From: Eledone cirrhosa | Taxonomy: Eukaryota | NCBI GenBank assembly: GCA_964016885.1 | Contig: OZ024750.1 | Location: 5,642,001 to 5,706,000, forward strand | Length of the DNA: 64,000 nucleotides | Reading direction: 5' to 3' | Shown here: piece by piece, positions 13,588 through 27,939 of the stretch | Position numbering within the stretch: the stretch's first letter is position 1 | Layout: each line of letters opens with the position of its first letter | The notes under the pieces: model-generated | The model's database searches: none | Told to the model about the DNA's origin: nothing | What the model saw: the letters and a program-made list of their open reading frames with translations, nothing else | Translations under genes and position numbers: made by a program

Positions 13588-15330
13588 TATTATATATATA
13601 TATATGTATACATTTTATTAAATTTTATATATATATATATATATATAAAATTTAATATAGAAATGGCTTCTACAAGACCAGAACTGAATAAATTGTTGGC
13701 CTTGTGCCAAATGTAGAACAGATTATAGATAATTATATTATAGCTGAAAATATGAATTTTGAAGTTTATTGAGCTCTTTGCTAAGATGTATTACACTAAA
13801 AGAGTATTTTTGGTATAATTTCGGGCTATATATTTCCATTATTACTATAAGCTTCTCTCCCAAACACACACACACAGACACACACGCGTATATATTCACG
13901 ATGTCGAATTCATAGTGCACGAATCCTTTTAAGGTGTCACTAAAAACTCTTCAGAGGTCACACGTGATTATATTAGCTACTTTCAACGTATTTAAACAAT
14001 TCATATTAAAAACAAGAAAAGACAACCTACAACCTACACAAAAACAGACACCACCGGAGAGAAAATTAAAAGAAGTTTTATTTTTAAAATCGATAGCATA
14101 ACCTAGTGTCTAGATAAATATGAACTGTTATATCACCATCTAAGAAAACTCAGCTAAAACTATCTTTGATTGACAGTTGAAAAGAAAAGATGAAATTAGA
14201 ATAGATTTAAATTTGAACGGTGATTGGCAGAATTACTCTCTATATATATCTTAGCTACGCGGGTCATTCTTCACATATTAAGAAAAGGAAGAGAGACAGT
14301 ATACATTCAACAATTTTATTTCCCTTACCTCATCCTGTTATGCACATTTCGTAGGTATGGAAAGGTTGTTATTCAACAATTATTCCATACTTTTTCACCA
14401 AACAGGCAGTTACATATTTCCGAAAGTCAGACGGCAGTGAACTTTGGAGCAAATAGAAACAGAATATAAAGTTTCTTCGATAAAAAGACACATGGAAATA
14501 TTGGATTATTGTGCTGGGTTCTTATTGCACTCTAGAGGTGGAAGTAGCATAACAAGAAGCTGTCATCATCCTGTATTTTGCAGATTAGCATTTAGTTGTG
14601 TAATATATTGTGAGGGGATATTGGAATATATAAAAATAATATATATAAAAAGCAATAGAAATATGAAAAATATATACCGAGTTAAATGTATAAAAAAATA
14701 AATAATTCAGCATTTATAACTTTTTGAAATAATTCTGAAGTTTTTAGCTTACAACAAAATAACTAAAACCCATTCAAATATAAGATATTGACAGATAGAA
14801 AAGAAAGAAAATATCTATTAAAAACATGTAAGAAATATATGCTATGGTGATGGGGTAATGAATTCGGTGCTATGGACGGAATGTATGAATATAATTTTCG
14901 TTATACAGTAAAAAAATTGAGATAAAAATATGTGATGAAAAATTACGATAAAATTATGAATTTATCATATATAGATATTTTAAAAAGAAAGATGAATATA
15001 TAAAAATTGTTTTAAAATGGATTGGAAAGAAATTTCAGTAAAAATTTATGGTGAACTGAGTAAAACATGAAATAAAATGACCTAAAGTGAAGCAAAGTTA
15101 ATTAAAGTAAAGTAAAAGAAATTGGCACTAACTTAGTATTGATTCAGCAGTCAAAACGGTACAAAGGAAGAAGGTAAGGGAGTATTGCCTGGTTGGATAT
15201 ATGAAGCAACCGGAAGTGAAATGAGTTCTTTAGAAAGAAGTTACGAAATTTATCAAAGTTGTTTGTAAAATTTCAGTGGATAATATATCGATAATGATAG
15301 CTTTATTAGCTTTATTATATAGAAACTACG

Positions 15331-15520
15331 GGCGGTGGATTGGCAGTTTTGGTAGAGGGTCGGACGCCATGCTTTGACGCATAGAGTTACGGCCCTTGCC
15401 CTTCTGAGTTCAAATCCCACCGAGGTTAACTTTTCCTTTCATCCTTACGGGGTCGATAAAATAAAGTACCAGTAATGCACTGAATAATTGCTGGCCTTGT
15501 GCCAAAAGTAGAAACAATTA
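15331..15520 (+). mobile_element. SINE family 1, full-length short subtype
   Basis: ggtggattggcag...ggtagagggtcggacgccatgc...gagttcaaatccc (A/B-box-like) ... gtagaaacaatta. Confidence 0.9.
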
Positions 15521-15699
15521 TATATATATATACACACACACATATATATATCATATATATATGTATGTATATATATATATACATATATATATATTTATAT
15601 ACATATGTATATAGCTGAGAAATTCATGTATTATATGTTACATATTAGGTAAAAAGGGTTTGTTAATACTTCAAGATTTGAATGGAAATTATATTTTAT

Positions 15700-17050
15700 A
15701 AGAAGTTACATGTACGAAATAATATTGTGTAATATGTTGTGAGGGGATATTGGAAAATATAAAAATTATATTATCACGAAATTCAGAATCTAAAAGTAGA
15801 GAAGAGAAAGAATTGGATAGATTTTTTTTAGTCTTATCAGATTAAAAATAATAGAACGGTTTAAGTGCAACTCTACAGCATTGAGAATGGGTGTCATCGC
15901 ATTTCTGAATCGGCTAATAATTTTTTTATTGCCCTATCATATTTATGTCTGAAAGATAAATGTTTATGAAATTTGGCGAGCTGCCATAATAGGATAGTGA
16001 ATGGTTAAGTTGTCTGTCTTTGGATATTGTTTAAACGAGTAAATCTGTTTCCATTGTTGGCAAATCTCTTGGTTCAGCTACATGAAACAATTTACATACA
16101 CATGTTTTTACTTCACTTTCACAGATGATGCATCTAAACATAACCAAACCTATGTTCCAGAAACAACAGTCAGCAATGTATTATATTATCTTTTCTTATA
16201 ATTCTTAGACTTTGTTTTTGCTACTTTTTTCTTATATATATATTTATTTCACATTTATAAAAGTTAAAACTAAAAGCAAGTTTCATTACTATTACTTTTC
16301 TCTCGTTGTTGTTGTTCGTTAGAGAAACTGAACGATATATATAAAAAAAATTATCCCTTTCCAGTGAAGGAATATTTACACAAGAATACAATGTTTTCCA
16401 TAGGTTCCTTTTCCTATTTTTTATTCTGTTTTCTTTTACTTTCAAATTCAAGCTAGCTTGCAAGAGTGTTTATTCAAGTTTGGCACGTTTGTTTTTCTCT
16501 CTGCCGTTAAACTTTCTGTCATCAACGAAGGCGGTACCACCCACCAAACTAGAATTAACAATTCCAAACAGCCGACTATTTTTTTTCTCTTTCTTTTATT
16601 TCTTTTTCAATTTATCTCTTTTCTTCTTTATTTCATTTCATCTTATAATACAAGGCCAATTTCTAGTGAATTGTTATTAGACAAAGTAAATAAAATTGCT
16701 TTAATAAAATACTTTTATCTTTTGTTACTGTAATAGTAATGTAAAAAATATTATTAAAACAAAATATATGAAGAAGGGAAGATGTAGATTCTTTTATATA
16801 AGAAATGGAGATATTGATTTCAAAGATTTTGTTTATTTAATTTAATTCATGTCAGCAAATTTGTCCACTAAACACCAAGAATGGTGATCTCTTAGATTAC
16901 ATAGGCGTGACATTCTCGACTTCTTAAATGAGTGGAAATAAAGGATACTGTAGCTTCCATGTGCTTTGTAAGAGAGGGAAAGCTGTAGTGAGCAAGGCAA
17001 CTGAAACTCGGGCAGCCCCGATGTCCAACGACTATTTAACATTACATTAC
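15700..17050 (-). pseudogene. Possible highly degenerate L1/Tx1-like LINE relic
   Basis: Minus strand CIICESEV..KHVYVNC (across a frameshift, ~16080-16135) resembles a zf-RVT knuckle; GHRGCPS...HAYV (~16900-17030) weakly resembles QGCP...YADD. Confidence 0.3.
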
Positions 17051-19495
17051 TTTACCTGCTATCTAAGAAAGGGGTATGTATAAAAACATGGTACATTCAT
17101 GTCTAGGAATGAGAATATCTTGGAGATTTTGAGGAGACTAGAAAATCGCGTTTATATATGTTTTAAGATTTGCTGCCGTAATACAAGTATTTCGTACAAT
17201 TAGTAATTTTCCACATTTATGGACACATTTCTGTTGCCATTGTCACTAAGGATTAATCTCCTCATCTGAATTGTCATCTTCCTTTTATTTACAAAACCTA
17301 GACTTTCCAGCAGAATGCTCTCTTAACGATCATAGATGAATTGCCAGACAGACCATAGTAATTCAAACGAATTATAAATCAAATGTGATATACCATGGCA
17401 TTCACTATCAGGCACATTACTTTCGCATTCCTTCAGATTCCTTATTCCATCATTTTTCTTGCATTATCAAAACAAATGTGGTCACATGTCTTAGCTGAAA
17501 TGATAGAGTCCCTTGAGTCTTTGATAATTCCCAGTCTTAAATTCTATGATAAATAAACCTCGCCTGAAAACGATGTAAGACATAATCAACTCAGGTGGGA
17601 TTTGAACTCAGAATGGTGCAACAAAATACTGCAACACCAGTCCACCATTCTTAGAATAACTATAATAATGATTTTTTAGTTTTGAACAAAGCCTTAAATT
17701 TGGAGATATTATAGATATAAGAGCGTCGCTCAATATATGACTGGTACTTAATTTATTATAAGGCGTCGCTGGTAAAAGTTGTTGTCAGATAGAAGAAACT
17801 AAATACTGCCAAGCATTTAATCCAGCACTAATATTTTTGCCAGCTTACCATAAATTGCATCTGTTACAATAATGTACAAATGGAGTTTATTTCCTGTAAT
17901 CATGTGCTGAAATAGTTTCCTATTAAACCGTGTGAAAATTCGGAGACTTTCCTTGGCAAAATATCCATCGAACAGTCAACATGTAGTAGCAATAAATTAA
18001 AATTCCTTTTAAGAAGAAATGTAATAAATGAGGTCTCGGATAGAAGTATGTATGTTAAGTAGATAAACTTTGCTAGTTTGGAGAACGATACGCTAATGTG
18101 AAGACGGAGTTTAATCTGCGAAAGTATTAAGATTTTATAGAGATGACACATATGATGTTAGAATGTCTAAGAAAAGAATCTCTGGACAGATTTTACGGGC
18201 AAAGCCATCAGACAGGGGGTCCTCTAGAAAGTGTGTCTAAGAACTCTTACTCCCCACGGCCTTCTCAAAAATAAGATGGCAATGAAGAAGAAGGAGAGAG
18301 AGGAAGAAGACACATTAGATATATGTTACCCCAAGAAACGTGTTTGTTCGATATATTTCTCTGGTAGAGAAGGAAGTGGAGAAGAAAGATGGATCGAATA
18401 CAGAATTAATATAAAACCTAGTCGTTTGAATAATCTTAATCCTACGAACTGTAATAGAAGGGACCTCCGTCGGTTTTGACGATGAGCGTCAGTTGTTCGA
18501 TCAATGGAAGAGCTCGATCATGACATTGGCATGTAAGTGGCTGAATATTCCACAGTCATAGATACCCTCAAGGTATAGACAGGGGAAGATTGAGCGGGAT
18601 ATAATGTGACATGGCCTTCCAATGATTTTCCAAACAGTTTCCGTCTACTGAATTTCAATGACAGAACATGAATCAACTGGGAGCTACGACAACTCGTGTA
18701 GAAGCTGCTATGTTGTGGGATAGAACCTGGGACTTAATTAGTACAGAACCAACTCCTTAACCATTGGATTTCTAATGTCATACAGAAACGTACGCGCGCA
18801 CACACACACACACACTCAAATAAAACAACAGCAACAACAACAACAACAATAACAATAACAACAAATACTACTACTACTAGTTCCCCACATACACACACAC
18901 ACATACACACACACACACACATATATACACACACACATACTCACATATACATACACACACATATATATACACACACACTTAAATAAAACAACACCAACAA
19001 CAACAACAACAATAACAATAACAACAACTACTACTACTACTAGTTCCCCCCCCCCACACACATATATACACACACACATACTCACATATACATACACACA
19101 CATATATATATACACACACATATACATACACACATACATACACACATATATACACACACACATATACACACATATATATATATACACACATATATACACA
19201 CACACACATATATACACACATATATACACACACACATATACACACATATATATATATACACACATACATACACACATACACACACACACATATATACACA
19301 CATATATACACACATATCTATTTATATACTCTATGCATGAATAATATTTATTTAAAAGAGATCGTTTATTCCTAATTACTAAATGTTTTCTGCCAACAAT
19401 TTCTAATTTGGTGTGAATCTGTCGAGATAATTGACAATTTGCACAATTATGTTTATTAGCGTGTGTCTGTATCTCTGTTGAAGATTGTGTGCATG

Positions 19496-19533
<38 letters not shown>

Positions 19534-19537
<4 letters not shown>

Positions 19538-19847
19538 AACGAGTAGGACCCCGACGGCTGAGCTCAAGCCGTTTCGACGGTTAATTCTGGACTAAATGAA
19601 ATTTTTTATCCTGGTACATGAATAGCCGAGCTTCTCAGGGGGTAATTCCATATATGGTAAAAGTGATTGTCGCATGGATTGGTCAAAAGTTTGTTGTTGA
19701 GACACATAATTCTATCATGGCATTTTGTGGAAGGAAGGGGTAGCTGGACTTGCCAGTAGAAGAGAGATTACCCACTCTACTACCCTAAGTATTGCGTACT
19801 TTGGTGTGTTATGGTCCATCTGGTTCCTTACCACATTTCCTTCGTTA
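19534..19847 (+). mobile_element. Family A element with long inverted segment
   Basis: Starts taggaacgagtaggaccccgacggctgagctcaagccgtttcg and ends ttccttcgtta, with (TA)n on both sides. Confidence 0.8.
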
Positions 19848-19881
19848 TATATATATATATACACATATATATATATATATA

Positions 19882-19992
19882 TTAGAAAGTGAGTTTTGTT
19901 TTTACAAAATGAGAAATAACCGAGGTGTCCTACACGAGTGAAAGTATAAAGAAAAAAAGATGAAATCGAAAATGCAACTGGAGTCTTATTTA

Positions 19993-20023
<31 letters not shown>

Positions 20024-20260
20024 TTATTTGGTTCCTTTACCGGTTTCACAGTTCTTCTGCTTTTCAAAAGTAGAGTTGAGATGGAGGGTCTGTGGTTTTT
20101 CTCACATCTGATGTGAGAAAAACCACAGACCCTCCATCTCAACTCTACTTTTGAAAAGCAGAAGAACTGCGAAACCGGTAAAGGAACCAAATAAATATAT
20201 ATATTTAAAAAAAAAAAAAGACTCCAGTTGCATTTTCGATTTCATCTTTTTTTCTTTTTA
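19882..20260. repeat. Near-perfect ~310-bp palindrome (centre 20109) plus ~65 nt tail, TA-embedded
   Basis: Arms mirror about ctcacatc-t-gatgtgag; each arm carries GAAACCGGTA (HHR 3' half-like) on one strand. Confidence 0.92.
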
Positions 20261-20294
20261 TATATATATATATATTTTTATGCGAGCATCTGTG

Positions 20295-20344
<50 letters not shown>

Positions 20345-20547
20345 CACACACACACAGATGCTCGCATAAAAATATGCCTAACGATCGAGGCACATGCCTA
20401 CACATATATGACTGAATTGCTTCTGAACTTTCATTTCATTACGAATACCATGTAACAAGTTCGAACCTTCTGCTTCTTCCTGAGGGTGTCGTGAGGGCAG
20501 AGACCTAAAACACTCCTTGCAGCGGGTCCTGTCAGAAGTAGCCGTCT

Positions 20548-20685
20548 CCGCCGACGTTAACTTTGCCTTCCATCCTTTCAGGGGTTGATAAAATAAAGTA
20601 CCAGTCACATACTGGGGCGTCAATGTAATCGTCCTTCCCATACCTCCCAAATTCACCGTTCTTGTGCCTATAGTAGAAATCATTA
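20548..20685 (+). mobile_element. SINE family 1, 3' part
   Basis: cgccgacgttaactttgccttccatcc...gtgcctatagtagaaatc. Confidence 0.75.
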
Positions 20686-21118
20686 TTGCATAAGACACTG
20701 AATTAGTTTGTGATAACGAGAAGATGTTTGAAATCCCTGTTTGAGATAACTGAATACTTCAAACTCTCAGTGACCAGATAAAGTTACACTACACCATGTG
20801 AATAATCTGACGTAATATTTGTTATTTTTTTCTAATAGGAATGAGTTATCTAATCAAAAGTACAATCTATGAACAAAGAATTATACAATGACCACACACT
20901 TCCATAAGGGAAATGTTAACTGTTATCAAAATATCGTCTTATCTAAAGATATTTTTTCAATTAATTCATGGTTGATAATTCTTTGATTATTGGTGTACAT
21001 GTTTCTTTAGTATGGTAAGGTTTCACAATGAAAAAATCATTGTTCAATGGAGAAAAACAGCACCAAATTTCTTTTCATTTATTTCTTACATGACCACATA
21101 TTCGCGACCTTCTTGTCT

Positions 21119-21177
<59 letters not shown>

Positions 21178-21182
21178 ACATG

Positions 21183-21397
21183 AATGGACCTGTTATTTTC
21201 ATCTAAAGACATTTTTCCCAATTCCACCCCGCCCGTCCCTTCAATCTATCTTTCTTATTTCTCATTCTTTCTTCTGATTAATGAAGGATTAGCGTCCGAA
21301 ACGTTAAGACCCTCTTCCTGCTATTTCAAGCGTTAACCAAAATATATTACTTCCATATACTGTACCGATTGTGTTGTTATTCCTGTTTACCTTTTAC
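21183..21397 (+). mobile_element. PLE-like 3' end fragment (family C) with disrupted HHR
   Basis: Inverted homolog of 48338-48541; ctgat(taat)gaaggattagcgtccGAAACGTTA at ~21274-21306. Confidence 0.7.
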
Positions 21398-21514
21398 ACA
21401 CAGATACCCCCCCCCCCCACATATATATAAAGATATAGAAACAAGCAAAACAGGAGGCACTTTACACAGTTATATTAGGTTCACGTTTGGTGGAAATGTG
21501 AGAAGGTTAAGGAT

Positions 21515-21581
<67 letters not shown>

Positions 21582-21639
21582 GTTTCAGTGAGTTACCACT
21601 TGATATAAAGACAAAAAAAAACATTAAAGATTCTGTAAC

Positions 21640-21790
21640 ACTATTCGTTTGAATTACTTCTTTTAGGTTGTTTATCTGTTTTGTCACATTTCTTTTGGGT
21701 TTTTCCAATAAAGCCATAAGAGTCTTGCATGGTTTATTGCATTCACTTAGTGTGTTAACGACATTCAGTTCCGAAATATCTAAAGTTTTC
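21640..21790 (-). pseudogene. Possible GIY-YIG endonuclease relic (PLE)
   Basis: Minus strand NVV...ECNKPC...FIGKTQ across frameshifts resembles NVVY-C-C-YIGKT. Confidence 0.3.
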
Positions 21791-22599
21791 TGGACAAACT
21801 AACAAGTAAAAATCAGCTTTCAAGTGTTGAAATCAATGCTGGCATCCAGCAGTTATTTTGGCTATAGGAATGTTCGGGTGTGTATTGTAATTATTTTCGT
21901 GATAGATTATATGACGAAAATAAAGATATCAAATATTTATGAACTTTACTTGACAAATCTTGCTTGAGTCTGAAGAGCACGTTCGTGTAAGCAGAGGAGA
22001 CGACATGTTGACAGATACGTAAACACAACGGTTCATAGAAATTGGATCTGCAGATTCCTTTTCTTTTTCTTTTCCTTGCTATTTATTTAATTCCTTTCTT
22101 TTATGTTTCTTTTTTTTTTTACAGATAAATAGTTTTGAGCTGGATAATATCTTTATAATTATGTTTAAATAATAATGGATTTGTGGTTTGTAGTTTGTCC
22201 GTTTTAGAAATGAGAAAACGAAATACGAAAATAACTAATAAAATGGTTTGAAATACTAGCGGAGTTGTCAACTACTGTTTGGAAATGAACGAGCAATGGG
22301 CAGCCGTCGGTTGCGGCGATGACTGTTCCAGTTTTTCGATTAACAGAATAGCCTGCTCATGTATGTATATACAGGGAGGGACGGTGGAACTGTATATTGC
22401 GCAGTCGCACAAGTGACGGAGTCGTAGGATATAAAGAGAGGAAAGAGTGTGTGATATATTTATTTTTTTTAAGTGGAGAAAGTTAGAGAGTGATAAAGAA
22501 AATCAATGAAGGAGGGAGAAGAAGATAGAAAAATATAGTGTTAACAGATTTCACCCCCACCAACAGACGCATCTCCCCCCACATTCATACACGACTATA

Positions 22600-22707
<108 letters not shown>

Positions 22708-23034
22708 TCTGTCAAAACATTACAGTCCACTTTCCAACACTCTCACATATATACAAATAAATAACTATATATATACACGTGTCAACAGAGACAACACTCC
22801 ACATTGAAACATAAATACAGGTTTATATATACATTTTAGTAGATATCCTTCACACACACAGACACAAACAGACAGACAGATAAACAGATATACAGACAGA
22901 CAGATATACAGATATACAGACACAGACAGAGACACACATACATACACACACACATATATATATATATATACTTATATACTTGTATACTCTGTCAATAAGC
23001 ATATATCCTCCACCTACACAAACAGTGACAGACA

Positions 23035-23121
<87 letters not shown>

Positions 23122-23252
23122 GCGCACACACATAGGTGTGTGCGCGTATGTTTCTATTTGAACCGAAACTGTAGTGAATCCCAGAGTTTGACTGAGTAGA
23201 TGGGACTGTCCGTCTTTCCGTTGGTTTTCCCATTGTCTTCGTCCTGTGCGTC

Positions 23253-23389
<137 letters not shown>

Positions 23390-23433
23390 GTGAAGAATAA
23401 CATGGTCGGCTGTACAAAAAGGGTTTTATTTAC

Positions 23434-23544
23434 AGTATTAACAATTGTTTCATTGATCAGGTGAGTCTAAAGGTCGCTGATCACTCGCAGTTGCGTCACT
23501 CGACCTTAAATACAGTGTGTCTCTGATCAAATCATCGGAATACT
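23434..23544 (-). ncRNA. Hammerhead-like motif with extended stem II (core variant CCGATGA)
   Basis: agtatt-CCGATGA-tttgatcag...ctgatcaat-GAAAC-aatt-GTT-aatact; 6-bp stem I, followed by aataaa. Confidence 0.6.
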
Positions 23545-24404
23545 ATATATATGTATATATATTGTTTTTACTTACTAATAATTTCGAAATATTTTATTAC
23601 GGGATCTCAAATTACTAACGTATTGTAGAGGTTCTTAAACACATTAGAACCGTTATCTGTTAAATAACTCTCGTCACATAAATTCGTCTTAAGAAGCTTC
23701 AGAACTGATTTTGTAACTGTCTTGTGAGAAGGATGTTATCTATATATCTTGCAAAGAAGTTGTTCCAGCTACGTTGTAATTTGACGCAGATATATGAGCA
23801 TGTAGAAATTCCATTCTATAAATTATATTTATCTTTAAAAATTTAAACGATTCTAAGTTTTACACATAAGATAATACATTGTAAATATAAAAGGTAAAAA
23901 TTTAGTTAAAATAGTGAAACAAATGAGTCATTAAAATCAACAGTAATATATTTAATAATAAAACAAGCTTATGACAGCGAATATTTCAATGGAGCCCAGA
24001 AACCAATAACTTAATGTATAATTTAACAAGTGTTTGTTTCGTTATATTTAGTAAACATTAATTTCTCATAAATTTTAGAATTTATCGCTCCATTCTAACT
24101 GAAATCTGCGCTCAATGTAGACAAAAATAATTTAAAACTTAATATATTTCACAGTAAACACTATACATATATGCTACAAGTAAAATATAATATACATTGA
24201 ATACTATTATATGATTTTAGTAAAATACTTAGTCGTAAACTGTAGTATATTTAATATAAAAGCTTATATAAATATAAAGTTTATTGAAATGAGGTTATAG
24301 GGTATGAAACCAGTTATATAAATCTCTCCACAAATCCATAGACTCTAACTTGTACACCTGCATACAAAGGTTGACTACACGGTTGTACTAAAAAGAATAA
24401 GCAT

Positions 24405-24530
24405 AATGGTTTCTGATTTAGGTACAAGGCCAACAATTTTGGAGGAGGGGAACGTAGATTAAATTGACCCCAGTATATTACTGGTACTTTATTTTATCGA
24501 CCCCGTAAGGATGAAAGACAAGGTTAACCT
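24405..24530 (-). mobile_element. SINE family 1, 3' part
   Basis: ctggtactttattttatcgaccccgtaaggatgaaag. Confidence 0.75.
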
Positions 24531-24784
24531 ATAGATATAGCGTGAAACAGACTGTTAGCTCCTCTCCCGTCTTTTGACGAAAAGAAGTAAGTGACATAGT
24601 CACTACTTTAAAACCGATAGCGTATGGGCTTCTAAATGCTTTTAATTAAACATACGGTATATTGCCAAATATATTATACATACATTCATGTATACATCGC
24701 TATTTCAGAGCACCAATACTTATATATATATGTATGTACATATATGTATCTTTAGAAACCTTGCAAAAGAAATACTAAAACGAA

Positions 24785-24828
<44 letters not shown>

Positions 24829-24938
24829 GCACTCACAGCCACCCACTCACACGCGCACTCACACACACACGTGTATATATATATATGCATATATTTTATA
24901 TAAATACATATTATATATATTTCGCACACACACACACG

Positions 24939-25092
<154 letters not shown>

Positions 25093-25606
25093 CGCACTCA
25101 CAGCCACCCACTCACACGCGCACTCACACGCACACACACATGTATATATATATATGCATATATTTTATATAAATACATATTATATATATTTCGCGCACAC
25201 ATACACATATATATATATATATGCACTCACACCCACCCACTTACACACGCACTCACCCACACTCACACGCACTCACCCACACCCACACGCACACACGTCG
25301 GAGTACATGACCAGCTATAAGCTATATACTGTATATATATATTTGTGCTGGTATATTTGGACGGCCACCCACTGCGCAGAAGCAGAAATGTACGGGATGA
25401 ACTGATTGACTAATACTTCAACATACAACATACAAGCCCTTACATAATCAGCAACGGAGAATCTGACATCGTGTAAATAGATGTACACACACACACACGC
25501 ATATATAGACACACATGCATACACACAAGCACACAGACAGATATACACATACACACACAGACAGAAACAGACACACACGCATACACACATTCACACAGAC
25601 AGATAT

Positions 25607-25654
<48 letters not shown>

Positions 25655-25668
25655 ACACACACACACAC

Positions 25669-25727
<59 letters not shown>

Positions 25728-25770
25728 ATGTTCTTTCTTTCTCTTCCTCACTCATTCTTCGTCCTTCCTT

Positions 25771-25877
<107 letters not shown>

Positions 25878-26052
25878 CATGTGTATATATATATATATAT
25901 ATATACATATATATATACATGTGTATATATATATATATATGTAAAGATGCAATATAACTTTGAGAAATTACAGGTTACTGTGTGTTGAAAGGAGTGCCAT
26001 ACCCTGTTTTCTTTCAGTTGGTGAGGCGAACTGTATTGTAATTACTGCACCC

Positions 26053-26098
<46 letters not shown>

Positions 26099-26179
26099 TA
26101 ATATATATATGAGTGTCTATATATATACAATCATACACGTACACACACACATACTCACACACATATATATAGTTATAAA

Positions 26180-26526
26180 TGTTTTGGGTAGGATACAGAA
26201 TAATAGTTTAAACATTTCAAACATACGCCCGCCACAACCATTAGATCCCTGACAGAAACCAGTGAGAAACAAACTACCATTTTTGTACATTCTCACAACA
26301 TTATGTAATATTAGAACCACAATAAACATATTTTACAAAAGGGTGGTACACCTATGTTTGAACCTTTATTCATGCCACCCCTAACATACCAGACAAAATA
26401 TATCATGCTGTATTGCAAGTCGAATATGCCCAGTAGTGTTTGATTCAGAACTGTGGCAAGTTCGTCTTCATCATTACAAAACGTTTTCTTAAACAATAAA
26501 AATACCCATTGATTATAATAGCTAAA
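26180..26526 (+). pseudogene. Penelope-like element reverse transcriptase (thumb region) relic
   Basis: Reads KLPFLYIL...INIFYK...YSCHP*HTRQNISCCIASRICPVVFDSEL...LKQ*KYP, matching the PLE pattern LPFLD...TDIYYKPT...SCHP-HT--NIP---A-RIC--V. Confidence 0.75.
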
Positions 26527-27018
26527 TGTGGGAAGATATTTAAAGAATCCTGGTTAACTTTCCTGGAGAACTTTCTCGCATTCGTCGGTGGCGATTGTCA
26601 AACTGAGATCTCAGTTATATATATATATATATGTGTAATATATACTTATATATATATATATATATATATATAAGTATATATTACACAAAGAGAAGTGTGT
26701 TACTGGTGAAACGAAGCTAGATTCATATCAGCAAAATATAGTTATAAGGTTTGTGATTTAAAACTCTAATCCAGAGGTTTGATTCTGAATTGGTTTTTTT
26801 CTATTTAATTGCTAACCTGTAGATATTGTTCCCTATACAGTAACGGTAAAATCATTTGTAATAATTCTTTACACACATCTCACTGTGTAACACACTTCTC
26901 TTTGTGTAATATATACTTGCATTTGAGCTCAGAAGGAAATTATCTATTCTTCTTTGAGCTAATACTATTATTATTATTATTACAGTGAACTGCGGAATAC
27001 TCTTAATTCCGATCTTTG

Positions 27019-27053
<35 letters not shown>

Positions 27054-27136
27054 ATCTCAGTTTGACAATCGCCACCGACGAATGCGAGAAAGTTCTCCAG
27101 GAAAGTTAACCAGGATTCTTTAAAAATCTTCCCACC
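26527..27136. repeat. Nested inverted repeats (outer ~90 bp, inner ~32 bp)
   Basis: 26527-26616 mirrors 27046-27136; ~26671-26703 mirrors ~26887-26918. Confidence 0.9.
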
Positions 27137-27268
27137 GAAGTTAACAAAGAACTTACCTAGATCTACAAAACTAAATTGTAAAATTGTATTATAAAATTAA
27201 ATGAAATTGTTTAGAACTACAAGTGAAGTCATTATTTTCTTTTTAAAAAAAAATATATATATATACAT

Positions 27269-27305
<37 letters not shown>

Positions 27306-27309
<4 letters not shown>

Positions 27310-27541
27310 AGCTTTCACCGTATTTTTGACTAAAGGAATTTTAGCCTGATAATGGGGTTTAGAACCCCCAGATAAATGGAAAAAGATGAGTATTGACGTA
27401 ACGTCAATACTCATCTTTTTCCATTTATCTGAGGGTTCTAAACCCCACTATCAGGCTAAAATTCCTTTAGTCAAAAATACGGTGAAAGCTATTTCTATTT
27501 TCTAATTTCAAACCTGCTCACTGTTTCAAAACATACTTACT

Positions 27542-27545
<4 letters not shown>
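27306..27545. repeat. ~190-bp palindrome (centre 27400) plus ~50 nt tail, TA-embedded (family D)
   Basis: Arms mirror about ttgacgt-a-acgtcaa; related short palindrome at 43180-43246. Confidence 0.92.
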
Positions 27546-27635
<90 letters not shown>

Positions 27636-27899
27636 TTATGTGTTAATTTAACACCAAAACTTCAGTATGTAGGGTAGAGCACTCAACGAAGTCCACAAGA
27701 TGGTCTGTTAACTTCGGAGTAAACTTATACACAAGTCAACATTTCATAATTTACTTCTTTTATTACTGTAATATATATGAGTGTGTGTATGTGTATATAT
27801 ATGTTTGTGTATATATATATTTGTGTATATATATGTGTATGTGTATATATATATGTATATATATACTTGTCTTTGAGTGTGTAAAGAAACAGACTATTA

Positions 27900-27939
<40 letters not shown>

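Noticed and set aside
21970-21995. Hammerhead (ctgaagagcacgttcgtgtaagc)
   Set aside because: GAAA box absent
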